From: an uncultured bacterium
Lineage (GTDB): Bacteria; Patescibacteriota; Minisyncoccia; Phycocordibacterales; UBA9973
Length of the DNA stretch: 64,000 nt
Assembly (NCBI GenBank): GCA_903894565.1
Contig: CAITQP010000004.1
Location: 9,957 to 73,956 of the forward strand
Direction: 5' to 3'
Within the stretch, counting starts at the first letter, position 1; each line of letters opens with the position of its first letter. The notes below the pieces were generated by a model. It saw nothing but the letters and a program-made list of their open reading frames with translations, ran no database searches and was not told the origin of the DNA. This document shows positions 1 through 9,010 of the stretch, in pieces. Made by a program: the position numbers and the translations under genes.

Positions 1-105
1 GACAGGCTTCGACCTCGGCAAGTCTCATGGATTAAGGATTACTCCCCTTCCTGCTTGCTTTCTACGGCAAGACCACATTACCGAAAATGTGGCAAAAAGT
101 CAACT

Positions 106-255
106 TTACTTGCCTTGAAGCGATTTGATCACTCCCCCGGCAGTTGGATTACCCGATTGACCGGAGTAATAGTTGGCAACAAAAAGTCCGCCGATACCAA
201 TGACGGCCATGAGGATAAGTCCGAAGAGCATTTTGAGGAAGTGTTTTACGTACAT
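106..255 (-). CDS. Small single-pass membrane protein, 49 aa (MYVKHFLKMLFGLILMAVIGIGGLFVANYY...)
   Basis: Read by hand, below the ORF-track cutoff. ATG at 255, TAA at 106-108, one hydrophobic helix. Confidence 0.55.
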   Translation of the reverse strand: MYVKHFLKMLFGLILMAVIGIGGLFVANYYSGQSGNPTAGGVIKSLQGK

Positions 256-273
256 AGGTGCTTATAGTATATA

Positions 274-327
274 GCCCACACAAACAAAAAACCACCCCTT
301 TCGGGGTGGTTTTTTGTTTGTGTGGGC
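274..327. terminator. Perfect 25-bp inverted repeat, probable bidirectional intrinsic terminator
   Basis: gcccacacaaacaaaaaaccacccc-tttc-ggggtggttttttgtttgtgtgggc, just downstream of the 340..1341 gene. Confidence 0.75.
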
Positions 328-339
328 GTTTTTCCAAAC

Positions 340-1341
340 CTATTGAACAACACTGCCGTAAACCAGCTTTGAAATACCACTGATAGTCTCCGTTAAACCA
401 GCCAGATTTTTGCCTCGAGTCATAACACAGAGCAAGTATGGATCTTTTGCCGGATACACGAACCCGCAATCATGAAGCTCAACCGAAGTCACTTGGTCTC
501 CACTTCCAACAACGTGCTCACCATATTTATGCGCCACCACTGTCCCCGATGGGACACCAGCAACAAGACCATCATAGTACGTCGCTTGGCTCAAAATAGA
601 CAAGGCTTTTTCTGAATTTTTGTCAGAGAGATATGTTCCATTGTACAAAACTCGCAAAAAGAGTGAGTAATCTTCTGCCGAAATCATATACAGTGAGTTG
701 TCCGATGGCACTTGTAATCCGAGATTGCGGTACACCATATTGAGATAATTTGGATCAATGTTTGAAATCAACAAATTCATTGCTCCGTTATCTGAATCAA
801 TAATCATAGACCGGATTAGGCTCTCGACAGTGTACGACCTCCCAAACACAAGCGTAGATGGTGATTCAAACGGGATAGACTGCAGTTCTTCAGCAACGTT
901 CGGATTATAGGTCAAATTGGTCCCAAGAATACTTGGGTCGCTGTCTGCTTTTTTTAGATAAGCAACCATGACAACAACTTTCAGCATACTTGCAGGTGCA
1001 TATGCTTCCTTCTCGTTTAAAGCAAACGAACCAGTTTTCTGACCATAATTCACAAAGTAAACCGACGCCGAATCAAGCGATCCTACTTTTTTTTGTGAAG
1101 CAATAAAATCTTTTATTTTATTTAAGAGCGGAACATAAACAGGCGCGGGAATGCTCATGTCGATTCGATTAATAGCAAGTAGCGGATGAATAAATTTATA
1201 ACTCGTATCCTGTTCACGAATACCCATATAGCTATTTGAAGGTGTGATATGAGAATAGTAGCCGACTACAAAACCGGCACTCACACATAGGAGAGCAATC
1301 AGTCCGAGGAGCCAAAATTGTTTTCGCGTGAAGTACTGCAT
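340..1341 (-). CDS. Membrane-anchored serine hydrolase of the class A beta-lactamase-like (Beta-lactamase2) family
   Basis: N-terminal TM helix; SxxK (PASMLK), SDN and HKYG (KTG-like) motifs in the correct order. Confidence 0.8.
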   Translation of the reverse strand: MQYFTRKQFWLLGLIALLCVSAGFVVGYYSHITPSNSYMGIREQDTSYKFIHPLLAINRIDMSIPAPVYVPLLNKIKDFIASQKKVGSLDSASVYFVNYGQKTGSFALNEKEAYAPASMLKVVVMVAYLKKADSDPSILGTNLTYNPNVAEELQSIPFESPSTLVFGRSYTVESLIRSMIIDSDNGAMNLLISNIDPNYLNMVYRNLGLQVPSDNSLYMISAEDYSLFLRVLYNGTYLSDKNSEKALSILSQATYYDGLVAGVPSGTVVAHKYGEHVVGSGDQVTSVELHDCGFVYPAKDPYLLCVMTRGKNLAGLTETISGISKLVYGSVVQ

Positions 1342-1365
1342 CAGTCGTTAATGGCACCAGTATAC

Positions 1366-1397
1366 AACAAAAAATCCCCTTTCGGGGATTTTTTGTT
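1366..1397. terminator. Intrinsic terminator of the S-layer-like gene
   Basis: aacaaaaaatcccc-tttc-ggggattttttgtt; GAAA loop and U-tract on the minus strand. Confidence 0.8.
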
Positions 1398-1450
1398 TCA
1401 ATTTTAAGTATTGAGATACTCTTTCAATTTACGAACTGTAATCGAAGTGA

Positions 1451-4400
1451 TTACTGGTTGTAAGTTGTAAGAATTGCACCAGTCTCTGCCAATGAACCAT
1501 CAAGAATGTCTGACCATGTGAAACTGGAGCCTGCTCCAAGAGTCAAGTCAACATTTCCAGATGATGTTCCACTGTTAGTTACGTTAGCGTAGAGATCAAA
1601 GAGAACTGTGTCTCCCTTTGAAATCTGGTATCCACTAGCGAATGAGAACCCAGTACCGTTTCCAGTAGGCTGTGTACCTCCGAGTGAAGTGATTGGTGTA
1701 CCGTTAACCTTAACAGTCCATCCTGCGTTTGAAGTAAGGACTGAGTAAGTAACTGGAACCGTTCCAACCAAGATGTCTCCATCATTAGCTGTGATTGCGA
1801 TTGTACCAAACTTTACGTTAGAAGTTGTACCAGTACCAACAGAAGTTGGTGAAGATGTCTTCTTAACTGTAGGTGTAGCACCAACAAGAGTGACTTGGTT
1901 TGAAGTCAATGAAGCACCGCCGTTAAAGGCTGTACCACCGTTTCCAATTGTTCTTGTGACACCACCAGCTGTGTACTTAGCCATGTAAAGATCAATAGCT
2001 GAAGTAGCACCAGAAGTAACACTTGCTGTACCTGCTGTTCCTACTGTTGAGTAAGAAACATAAGCATCAACAGTTGTACCTGTACCACCGTTAGCAACTG
2101 GAATTGCAAGGTTCTGCAACCATGCATATCCTCCAACTACAGGAGCTGAAGTTGTACCAACTTTGATAGAAGTAACAGTGTTTGCACCAGTCACATGGAA
2201 CTTGAGTTCGGTGATTGTTGCAGTTCCTGCTGTAGCGTTGAATACGAAGCGAGCCTTAGTAGCATCAGCCTTTCCGAGCGGTGAAGCAAGGTAAGAAATT
2301 GGTGTTGAGTTTGAAGTCTGGAACGTAGGTGAAGCTGCTGAGTTTGTCAAAAGTCCAGAGTTAACTGTGATTGTTTGACCAGCAACTGCTGTACCTGGAG
2401 CACCGTTCTGCTGAACCGATACGTTTGAACTAATAGCTGTAGCAACGATTGTAGAAATCATTGTCTGACTTGTATTAGAACCAGTAGTAGCAGTTAAATC
2501 GATGATCGCTGTCTGTCCTGGTGTCAACGTGAAGTCAACTGAGAAAGTATTCGTAGTTGAAGGCTGTTGAGGTGTTGTAGGAGCAAAAGCAACTGTTCCA
2601 CCGTTAAAGGTACCAGCAACCTGAAGACCTGAGAGGTCTGTCGTGAGAGCTGTACCAGCACCGATTGGGTTAACAGTAAGTGATGTTACACGTACTGAGT
2701 CAGATGAACTTGTGTTCTGGAAGACGAACGAACCAATCTTAACGTTAGTCGTATTAGGACTGACTGTCTGGTTTGAGTAGTTTCCGTTTGCAGCAACTGT
2801 AAGAGCACCAGCTTGCATAGCAAGAGTGTGTCCTGTACCTGTAGCTGGGCCTGTAGCTACAGCGTGTGAAGAGAATCCTTCACCTACGATAGCAGACAAG
2901 TTTGCAGAAACTGTACCACCTGTGTAAGCAGTACCAGTTGTGTTGCGGAGGTCAGCCTTAACTTCGATCGTACTATCCTGTCCAGCTGTGACCATCATTT
3001 GTGATCCTGGTGTGAATGGGATAGGAGTTCCTACAGTCCAATTTGCTGTACTTGCACCAATCTGTGAACCGTTGAAGAACAAAGTAACGTTCTGGAGACC
3101 AGCTGCGCCACCTGGTGTAACTGTTCCAGCAAGAACTGGAGTTACACTAAGTCCTGTTACTTTTACATCTTCGCCGTATCCGTGGATTGTGTATTTCGCG
3201 ATTGTTGCGTTTGATACACCAGCAGTAACGTTAGACAATGAATTGAATGTCGTATCGTTTGTAAGAGTGTATGAACCAGCACCAATCAAGAATGAAGCTC
3301 CAGTACTTGCTGTGAAGCCAGTGACTGCAAGGTTAACTCCAACCTGTGGATCCATGACCATAAGGTCTGAAGCCTGCTGGAGAGATACCGTGAAGGTGAA
3401 GCTTGATCCCTTTGTGATGTCAGCGCGAACTTCAAGTGTGTGTACGCCTGTTGCAAGAGAAAGTGGAGATGCTGCAAAGTTGAATGACAAGTAGTTTGAA
3501 CCACTCATCATTGTCATTGTAGCGTTGTTTCCAGCTTTGATTCCGTCAACATACAAACCAACGTTTGCCAATGCATCAGCTGGAGCTGAGCCTGAAATAC
3601 GGAAGTTTGCAGCTTTCAATGAGAGAGCGCGAGTATTCACCTGAACAGCTTGTCGCCAAACTGCGTAAGAGTTACTACCAGCATTTACAGAAACGTTTGT
3701 TCCTGTAACCTGCTGTGTTCCAGAGAGAGCCAATGAAGCGAGTGTTGATCCGCCAGCTACGTACATGTCATTTCCCTTAAGTGCTACTGCGTTAACAGAA
3801 GTACCGTTTGTGAATGAAGTAAGAGCTACGTTAACACTGTATGACTGTGTTGATGTCCATACATCCGCCATAACAGATACTGTACGTGAACCGTTAACCG
3901 CGAGGTTAAGATTGTTCATTGTAAGTGTACCTGCTGTGTTGAATGAGTAACCATCTGTGAGGCGAGTTACGCCATCATAGAGGTAAACAGCTGAAAGTGT
4001 ACTTGCATCTGAGATGCCTCCACGAGTAAGAGTAACAGAGTTAACTGTTCCTGTACCTGTGAAAGTAACGTTCAACAAGTTTGCTGTAGCCTGGCCAGCG
4101 ATAACAGTTCCTGCAGCAGGGTTGTTTGCTGAGAGAGCTGCTGTGACTGTTCCAGTCTGAGTTGTTGTACCACCTGTTGTAGTACCACCTGTTGTTGTAG
4201 TAGTTGTACTACTTGTGCATGTACTATTGAGTGATGCGCGAGTAGCAGGACCTACCATTCCTACAGCGGCGAGTTTGTTTGTTGTCTGGTAAGACATAAC
4301 AGCTGCCTTTGTCATGTTACCGAAGTAACCTGTTGCTGGCGAGATGTTAAGTGCGTTCTGAAGAGCAGTAACATCTGCGCCTTTTGAACCAACTGCGAGG

Positions 4401-4627
4401 GTCTTGGTGAACTGGTAGCATGAGCCACTAGTTGTTGTGGTTGTTGTTGCAGGTGTTGCAAGAGCAAGAACCATCTGAGCATTTGCTCCGGTAAGACCGA
4501 GAGCTGCTACGAGAGCCTGTGCTTCTGCAAGTGTCATTGCGCCAGCTGTTGAAGCTACTGCAAGACCTGCTGCAACCAACAATCCCAAACCTGCTTTCGC
4601 AATTTTTGATTTGAGTACGTTAGTCAT
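1451..4627 (-). CDS. Large secreted Thr/Gly/Ser-rich S-layer-like surface protein with N-terminal peptidoglycan-binding domain
   Basis: Signal peptide MTNVLKSKIAKAGLGLLVAAGLAVASTAGA; PG_binding_1-like segment LAVGSKGADVTALQNAL...GYFGNMTKAAVMSYQ...GMVGPATRASLN; beta-rich remainder. ATG at 4627 preferred over GTG at 4654. Confidence 0.75.
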   Translation of the reverse strand: MTNVLKSKIAKAGLGLLVAAGLAVASTAGAMTLAEAQALVAALGLTGANAQMVLALATPATTTTTTSGSCYQFTKTLAVGSKGADVTALQNALNISPATGYFGNMTKAAVMSYQTTNKLAAVGMVGPATRASLNSTCTSSTTTTTTGGTTTGGTTTQTGTVTAALSANNPAAGTVIAGQATANLLNVTFTGTGTVNSVTLTRGGISDASTLSAVYLYDGVTRLTDGYSFNTAGTLTMNNLNLAVNGSRTVSVMADVWTSTQSYSVNVALTSFTNGTSVNAVALKGNDMYVAGGSTLASLALSGTQQVTGTNVSVNAGSNSYAVWRQAVQVNTRALSLKAANFRISGSAPADALANVGLYVDGIKAGNNATMTMMSGSNYLSFNFAASPLSLATGVHTLEVRADITKGSSFTFTVSLQQASDLMVMDPQVGVNLAVTGFTASTGASFLIGAGSYTLTNDTTFNSLSNVTAGVSNATIAKYTIHGYGEDVKVTGLSVTPVLAGTVTPGGAAGLQNVTLFFNGSQIGASTANWTVGTPIPFTPGSQMMVTAGQDSTIEVKADLRNTTGTAYTGGTVSANLSAIVGEGFSSHAVATGPATGTGHTLAMQAGALTVAANGNYSNQTVSPNTTNVKIGSFVFQNTSSSDSVRVTSLTVNPIGAGTALTTDLSGLQVAGTFNGGTVAFAPTTPQQPSTTNTFSVDFTLTPGQTAIIDLTATTGSNTSQTMISTIVATAISSNVSVQQNGAPGTAVAGQTITVNSGLLTNSAASPTFQTSNSTPISYLASPLGKADATKARFVFNATAGTATITELKFHVTGANTVTSIKVGTTSAPVVGGYAWLQNLAIPVANGGTGTTVDAYVSYSTVGTAGTASVTSGATSAIDLYMAKYTAGGVTRTIGNGGTAFNGGASLTSNQVTLVGATPTVKKTSSPTSVGTGTTSNVKFGTIAITANDGDILVGTVPVTYSVLTSNAGWTVKVNGTPITSLGGTQPTGNGTGFSFASGYQISKGDTVLFDLYANVTNSGTSSGNVDLTLGAGSSFTWSDILDGSLAETGAILTTYNQ

Positions 4628-5151
4628 AGAAGAATGTTTATAAAATAAATGCACTTAATAATCGGCTCGACTCGAGTACCGCTTGCGCGAATACTTGATG
4701 CTGATTGTGTGTGCACCTTTATATGTCTGGCGTTTTTAATCGTCAGACATTTTTGTCTCTTCCCCAAACACATCACTGTGCGAGGTTGAGACGGCTGCCG
4801 TGTCGACATGGCATCTTCCGAGTTTTGCGAGACTGTAATGAGAGACGAAGAATATTTCGTGATCTCGTTTCGCCATCGCACTCCCCAAGAAGTCTTTGCG
4901 ATTGTGACACTGAATTCAGTCGCGCTGTACAAAGTAAAGTTCAAACTATTTCTAGTTTTCGTTTTGCAAAATACAATCGCGTACGTGGGACCATTTCAAT
5001 ATGTTCCACGCTATGCTGTTTTCAATGACCCATCCGCGCGTACTCTTCGAGAGATGCAAAGACGAGAGGCCTATCCTCCGCCCCGCACTTCGAAAAATAC
5101 CGATTTAAACGCAATACCTTCCGCGCACAGAATGCTCGGACAATATTGCGT
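4628..5151 (-). promoter_or_regulatory. Long structured 5' leader or ncRNA ahead of the S-layer-like gene
   Basis: No convincing ORF; a series of hairpins lies between a consensus promoter and the ATG. Confidence 0.55.
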
Positions 5152-5157
5152 AACCAC

Positions 5158-5186
5158 ATTATATTATTGTGCCCGTATAAGGGCAA
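5158..5186 (-). promoter_or_regulatory. Sigma70-type promoter TTGCCC-N17-TATAAT with overlapping TGCCC-N6-GGGCA inverted repeat
   Basis: -10 TATAAT at 5158-5163 and -35 TTGCCC at 5181-5186 on the minus strand, 17-nt spacer. Confidence 0.65.
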
Positions 5187-5196
5187 AATTTTATCG

Positions 5197-5205
5197 TGTG
5201 GATAA
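5197..5205 (-). promoter_or_regulatory. Consensus DnaA box TTATCCACA
   Basis: Plus strand tgtggataa, an exact 9/9 match in intergenic DNA. Confidence 0.5.
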
Positions 5206-5312
5206 CTGCGACAATAAAGAACGGGAAACAAAAGTTCCGCTCGTCCTCTTTTGATGTCGCAGTTAGATAGCCATCATCTCATATTTTCGTTAAAAAATCA
5301 ATCTCGAACGCG

Positions 5313-6134
5313 CTATGACGCTATGCGATACATACTCCAACGCTTCTCCCCTTCTTTGATTAAGACACCTTCTTTGACGAGTCCGAGAAGCTCGCGCTGG
5401 ATAGTCTTGCCACTCAAATCTTTTAGAAGCGATGTGATGTCGTTGATCGATACACGACCCTTACTTCGAACGACATTAAGGACATCATTTCGGCGTGCGA
5501 TTTTCATTCCAATGTCAGATTTCTTTGGAACAATTTCTGTCCTTTCTGATGGTTCAATTTTTCGAAAAGCCTGTGCTGTATTGATTGAATTCTGTCCGTT
5601 AAAATTGTTCTGTCCTTTATCAAAATTTTCAAGCAATTTTTCGGCTGGCTCTACTTCAAACATTGAACTCGAAAGGAGGATGTTTGCGTAGCCTGGATGT
5701 GTTGAGAAAAGGACAGTCTTACCACCATAGTGATGGTCAATTTCAGTCTTCACTTTTTCAAGTTCACTGATCAAAATTTTGCCATTCATTTCGGAGATCA
5801 AACCAATGGTAGATGCAAGGTTCACAAACACAATAATTTCATCAGCATTTCTTACCACTTCATCAGCAAGTGCGTAATGTGGTTCGGTCGATCGAGCACC
5901 GATTCGGCGAGTACCGGAGACCAGCGCAAGACCAAGTGTCCGTAACTGCGAGCGAAGTGGCTCTGATTCATGGATGAAGTCCGTTACCATATAGATCGCT
6001 GTTGTGATCTTCTCTGTCTTTTTGGCAATAACGGACACCGCTAAATGCTTGTGGTAGAAGTCATTTTGGGCTTGCTGTGTATAGCTTTGTCCTTTTGAAG
6101 TATCAGTATTGTTTTGTGTGTCTTTTTGTTCCAT
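5313..6134 (-). CDS. Hypothetical DNA-binding protein: helical N-terminal domain plus C-terminal DeoR-like winged helix-turn-helix
   Basis: C-terminus RRNDVLNVVRSKGRVSINDITSLLKDLSGKTIQRELLGLVKEGVLIKEGEKRWSMY has the wHTH pattern. ATG at 6134 preferred. Confidence 0.7.
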   Translation of the reverse strand: MEQKDTQNNTDTSKGQSYTQQAQNDFYHKHLAVSVIAKKTEKITTAIYMVTDFIHESEPLRSQLRTLGLALVSGTRRIGARSTEPHYALADEVVRNADEIIVFVNLASTIGLISEMNGKILISELEKVKTEIDHHYGGKTVLFSTHPGYANILLSSSMFEVEPAEKLLENFDKGQNNFNGQNSINTAQAFRKIEPSERTEIVPKKSDIGMKIARRNDVLNVVRSKGRVSINDITSLLKDLSGKTIQRELLGLVKEGVLIKEGEKRWSMYRIAS

Positions 6135-6275
6135 GATTTTTGTTTGGGCAATTTTTTCAAGTTTTTTTCTCGTTAACGGACACCAGTATACGCTACGGAT
6201 TTTCTTTTGCAAGACCTTTTGCTTCTGATTGCCCTGTCCTTGTTTAGGCCTTTACGTTTCGTTTTTTATCGGACA
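5480..6275. repeat. Cluster of 11 dispersed TGTCC(G/T)T(T/A)-like motifs on both strands
   Basis: TGTCC at 5538, 5593, 5611, 5937, 6088, 6235; GGACA at 5480, 5711, 6033, 6178, 6271. Confidence 0.7.
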
Positions 6276-6370
6276 GCTCCACTGATCTTTTGTTTCTTTT
6301 TCTCGGCCCAAAAAAATGAGCAAAAGAGTGTCTGGGGATAACCCATTTGTATGATAAAATATGCACATCT

Positions 6371-8599
6371 ATGGTACGAAAAAACGAAGAAATTGAAGAA
6401 GAGGAAGACGTCGAAGAGGACGAGAAACCGAAACGAAAATCCTCGCCAAAAAGATCCTCCAAAAATGATAAAAAACGACTCAAAGATGAGACTCGTCAAA
6501 CAGTCCTCGGTGTCGTATTTTTGGCCATCGCAATCTTCTTTGTGATTGCAGGTTTTGGAGCAGGTGGAGTGGTCGGACATTCGACGCGCGAAGCACTCGT
6601 TTATTTGCTCGGCGTTGGCTATATTCTTGCTCCCCTTTTCTTCACGATTCTTGGTATCACTTTCATCCGAACAGGTCGCCCTGAAATCAGATTCGTACAA
6701 GCACTCGGATCAATTTTGTTTCTCACCGGAACGCTCGGACTCATCGATGTTGCGAGTCAGTATTCTCACTCCGCCGGAGTCATCGGAAAATTCTTTGGGT
6801 ACATTTTCTTGGGACCATTCGACACGCTCGGTGCGATCATTTTCTTGGGTGCATTACTCATCATCTCACTTGTCATATTGTTTGATACTCGTCCAACTTT
6901 GACCATCGTCAACAACATCATCAAGCGAGTAGAAAAGTGGTGGGCTGATCGCCAAAAGATGCGCCGTGCATCACGCGAACTCGTAGTGAATGATCCATCC
7001 CAAAACAACGAACCCGCACTGAAACAAAAACCAGAACCTGAGGTCGAGGAATTCGTTGCCGAAGAATTGGAACTTGAAGAGATCGAACCACTCACCAAAA
7101 AGAAAGCTCCGAAAAAACATTCTTCATACGTTCCACCACCAATCGACTTGCTCAAAAAAGATAGTGGTAAACCAAATGTTGGTGACGTAAAAGCAAACGC
7201 CAACATCATCAAACGTGCACTTTCAAACTTCGGTATCGAAGTTGAAATGGATGAAGTCACGATCGGACCATCGGTCACTCGTTACGCACTCAAGCCAGCT
7301 GAAGGAGTCAAACTTGCCCGCATCGTCGGATTGCAAAACGACCTCTCGCTCGCACTCGCCGCGCACCCAATCCGTATCGAAGCACCGATCCCAGGTAAGT
7401 CACTCGTTGGTATCGAAATCCCAAACAAGGGCAAATCTATCGTTGGTCTTGCATCACTCCTTACGGACGAAAAATTCACTCACTCCGACAAACCACTCAT
7501 GGTCGCCCTCGGTCGTGGTATCAATGGATCAGCGCACTTCGCGAACATGGCCAAGATGCCACACGTCCTCGTCGCTGGAGCAACGGGCTCAGGAAAGTCT
7601 GTCACCATTCACTCAATCATTGCCTCACTCCTCTATCGTAATGGTCCAGACGATCTCCGCTTCATCATGATCGACCCAAAGCGAGTTGAGTTGACGCTCT
7701 ATAAGAGTATTCCGCATCTTCTCACTCCCGTCATTACAGATGCCAAGAAAGCCATCCTCGCACTCAAATGGGCAGCCAAGGAAATGGATCGCCGTTACGA
7801 CATCCTTGAAAAAGAGTCAGTACGTGACATCGAGAGTTATCACAAGACAGTATTGACCGACAAGAAGCGCAACAATGAGGATACTCCGCTCGATCCGCTT
7901 CCATATATAGTCATCATTATCGACGAATTGGCCGATATCATGCAAAGCTACCCACGTGAACTCGAAGCCGCAATCGTCCGTCTCGCCCAAATGTCCCGTG
8001 CCGTTGGTATCCATCTTCTCCTCTCCACCCAACGTCCTTCGGTCAACGTCATTACCGGTCTCATCAAAGCGAACGTTCCTTCCCGTGTTGCTCTGCAAGT
8101 TGCCTCACAAATCGACTCTCGCACGATCCTTGACTCAGCTGGTGCCGAGAAACTCCTTGGAGCGGGAGACATGCTCTATGCCGCAGGCGATATGCCTCAA
8201 CCAGAACGTATCCAAAGTGCCTTCGTTTCTGAAGGAGAGCTGAAATCGGTGGTACAATGGATAATAGAGCACAACGAATCAGACGGTGCCGATGAAATTG
8301 TGCTCGCAGGTTCAGTCTCTCCCGACAAAACCATCTTCGATGCTTCTCTTGAAGATACGGGTGATGACGACGACCTGTATGAGGATGCCCGCACGACGGT
8401 CATTGAAGCAGGTAAAGCCTCAACCTCATTCTTGCAACGCAAACTTGGAGTTGGATACGCACGCGCTGCTCGTCTCGTCGATATGCTCGAAGATCGTGGC
8501 GTCATCGGTCCTGGATCAGGTGCGAAACCTCGCGATGTGCTGGTCAGACCTGGCGATGGAATGATGGATGTACCAGCTACTCATCCTGACGGAGAATAA
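6371..8599 (+). CDS. ftsK: DNA translocase FtsK/SpoIIIE
   Basis: N-terminal TM helices, PHVLVAGATGSGKS Walker A, IDELAD Walker B, gamma domain ASTSFLQRKLGVGYARAARLVDMLE. Confidence 0.97.
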   Translation: MVRKNEEIEEEEDVEEDEKPKRKSSPKRSSKNDKKRLKDETRQTVLGVVFLAIAIFFVIAGFGAGGVVGHSTREALVYLLGVGYILAPLFFTILGITFIRTGRPEIRFVQALGSILFLTGTLGLIDVASQYSHSAGVIGKFFGYIFLGPFDTLGAIIFLGALLIISLVILFDTRPTLTIVNNIIKRVEKWWADRQKMRRASRELVVNDPSQNNEPALKQKPEPEVEEFVAEELELEEIEPLTKKKAPKKHSSYVPPPIDLLKKDSGKPNVGDVKANANIIKRALSNFGIEVEMDEVTIGPSVTRYALKPAEGVKLARIVGLQNDLSLALAAHPIRIEAPIPGKSLVGIEIPNKGKSIVGLASLLTDEKFTHSDKPLMVALGRGINGSAHFANMAKMPHVLVAGATGSGKSVTIHSIIASLLYRNGPDDLRFIMIDPKRVELTLYKSIPHLLTPVITDAKKAILALKWAAKEMDRRYDILEKESVRDIESYHKTVLTDKKRNNEDTPLDPLPYIVIIIDELADIMQSYPRELEAAIVRLAQMSRAVGIHLLLSTQRPSVNVITGLIKANVPSRVALQVASQIDSRTILDSAGAEKLLGAGDMLYAAGDMPQPERIQSAFVSEGELKSVVQWIIEHNESDGADEIVLAGSVSPDKTIFDASLEDTGDDDDLYEDARTTVIEAGKASTSFLQRKLGVGYARAARLVDMLEDRGVIGPGSGAKPRDVLVRPGDGMMDVPATHPDGE

Positions 8600-8621
8600 C
8601 GTGTTACTCTATCGCACCCAA

Positions 8622-8987
8622 ATGACACGAGGATTCACCGCAAAAAAAATACTGAGATGGCTAGGCATCGTTCTTCTCTTTGTCGTTATCGTGGGGTACG
8701 CAGTCTTCCGCAGTCGAGACCTTCTCTTTGGCATTCAATTTACGGTGAATGGTCTCACCGACGGGATGACTGTAGACAGTTCGATCCTTGAACTCAAAGG
8801 TGACGCTCGTCATGCAAATGAAATCCGCGTCGACAATCAACCGATCCCCCTTTCTGAAGCTGGTTCGTGGCACGACTCACTCATCCTAATGGAAGGATAT
8901 AATGTTGTGACGATACGAGCGACCGACAAATTTGGAAGAACCATCACCCACGAGTATCGCGTTTATTACAAAAAACAATCATCGTAG
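8622..8987 (+). CDS. Small membrane-anchored protein with Ig-like beta domain
   Basis: N-terminal TM helix, then [19 protein letters not shown], typical of Ig-like domains; lies between ftsK and recA. Confidence 0.65.
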   Translation: MTRGFTAKKILRWLGIVLLFVVIVGYAVFRSRDLLFGIQFTVNGLTDGMTVDSSILELKGDARHANEIRVDNQPIPLSEAGSWHDSLILMEGYNVVTIRATDKFGRTITHEYRVYYKKQSS

Positions 8988-9010
8988 TTTATTCATTAGT
9001 TTTTATTTTT

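Noticed and set aside
1-104. GACAGGCTTCGAC resembles a tmRNA 5' end; the minus strand has a TTGACT-N17-TAATGT promoter and a stem-rich start
   Set aside because: No tRNA-like 3' end or tag frame follows on the plus strand. The minus-strand transcript runs off the window and cannot be classified.
4624-5254. ORF-track frames 4624..4944, 4705..5028, 4808..5254 and 5022..5231
   Set aside because: They overlap each other, have no recognisable domains and have atypical composition. The region is better explained as a structured leader.
5197-6341. Replication origin (oriC) call
   Set aside because: Only two DnaA-box-like sites, no dnaA or dnaN nearby, and the dominant minus-strand gene orientation is the same on both sides. 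Not supported without a GC-skew analysis.
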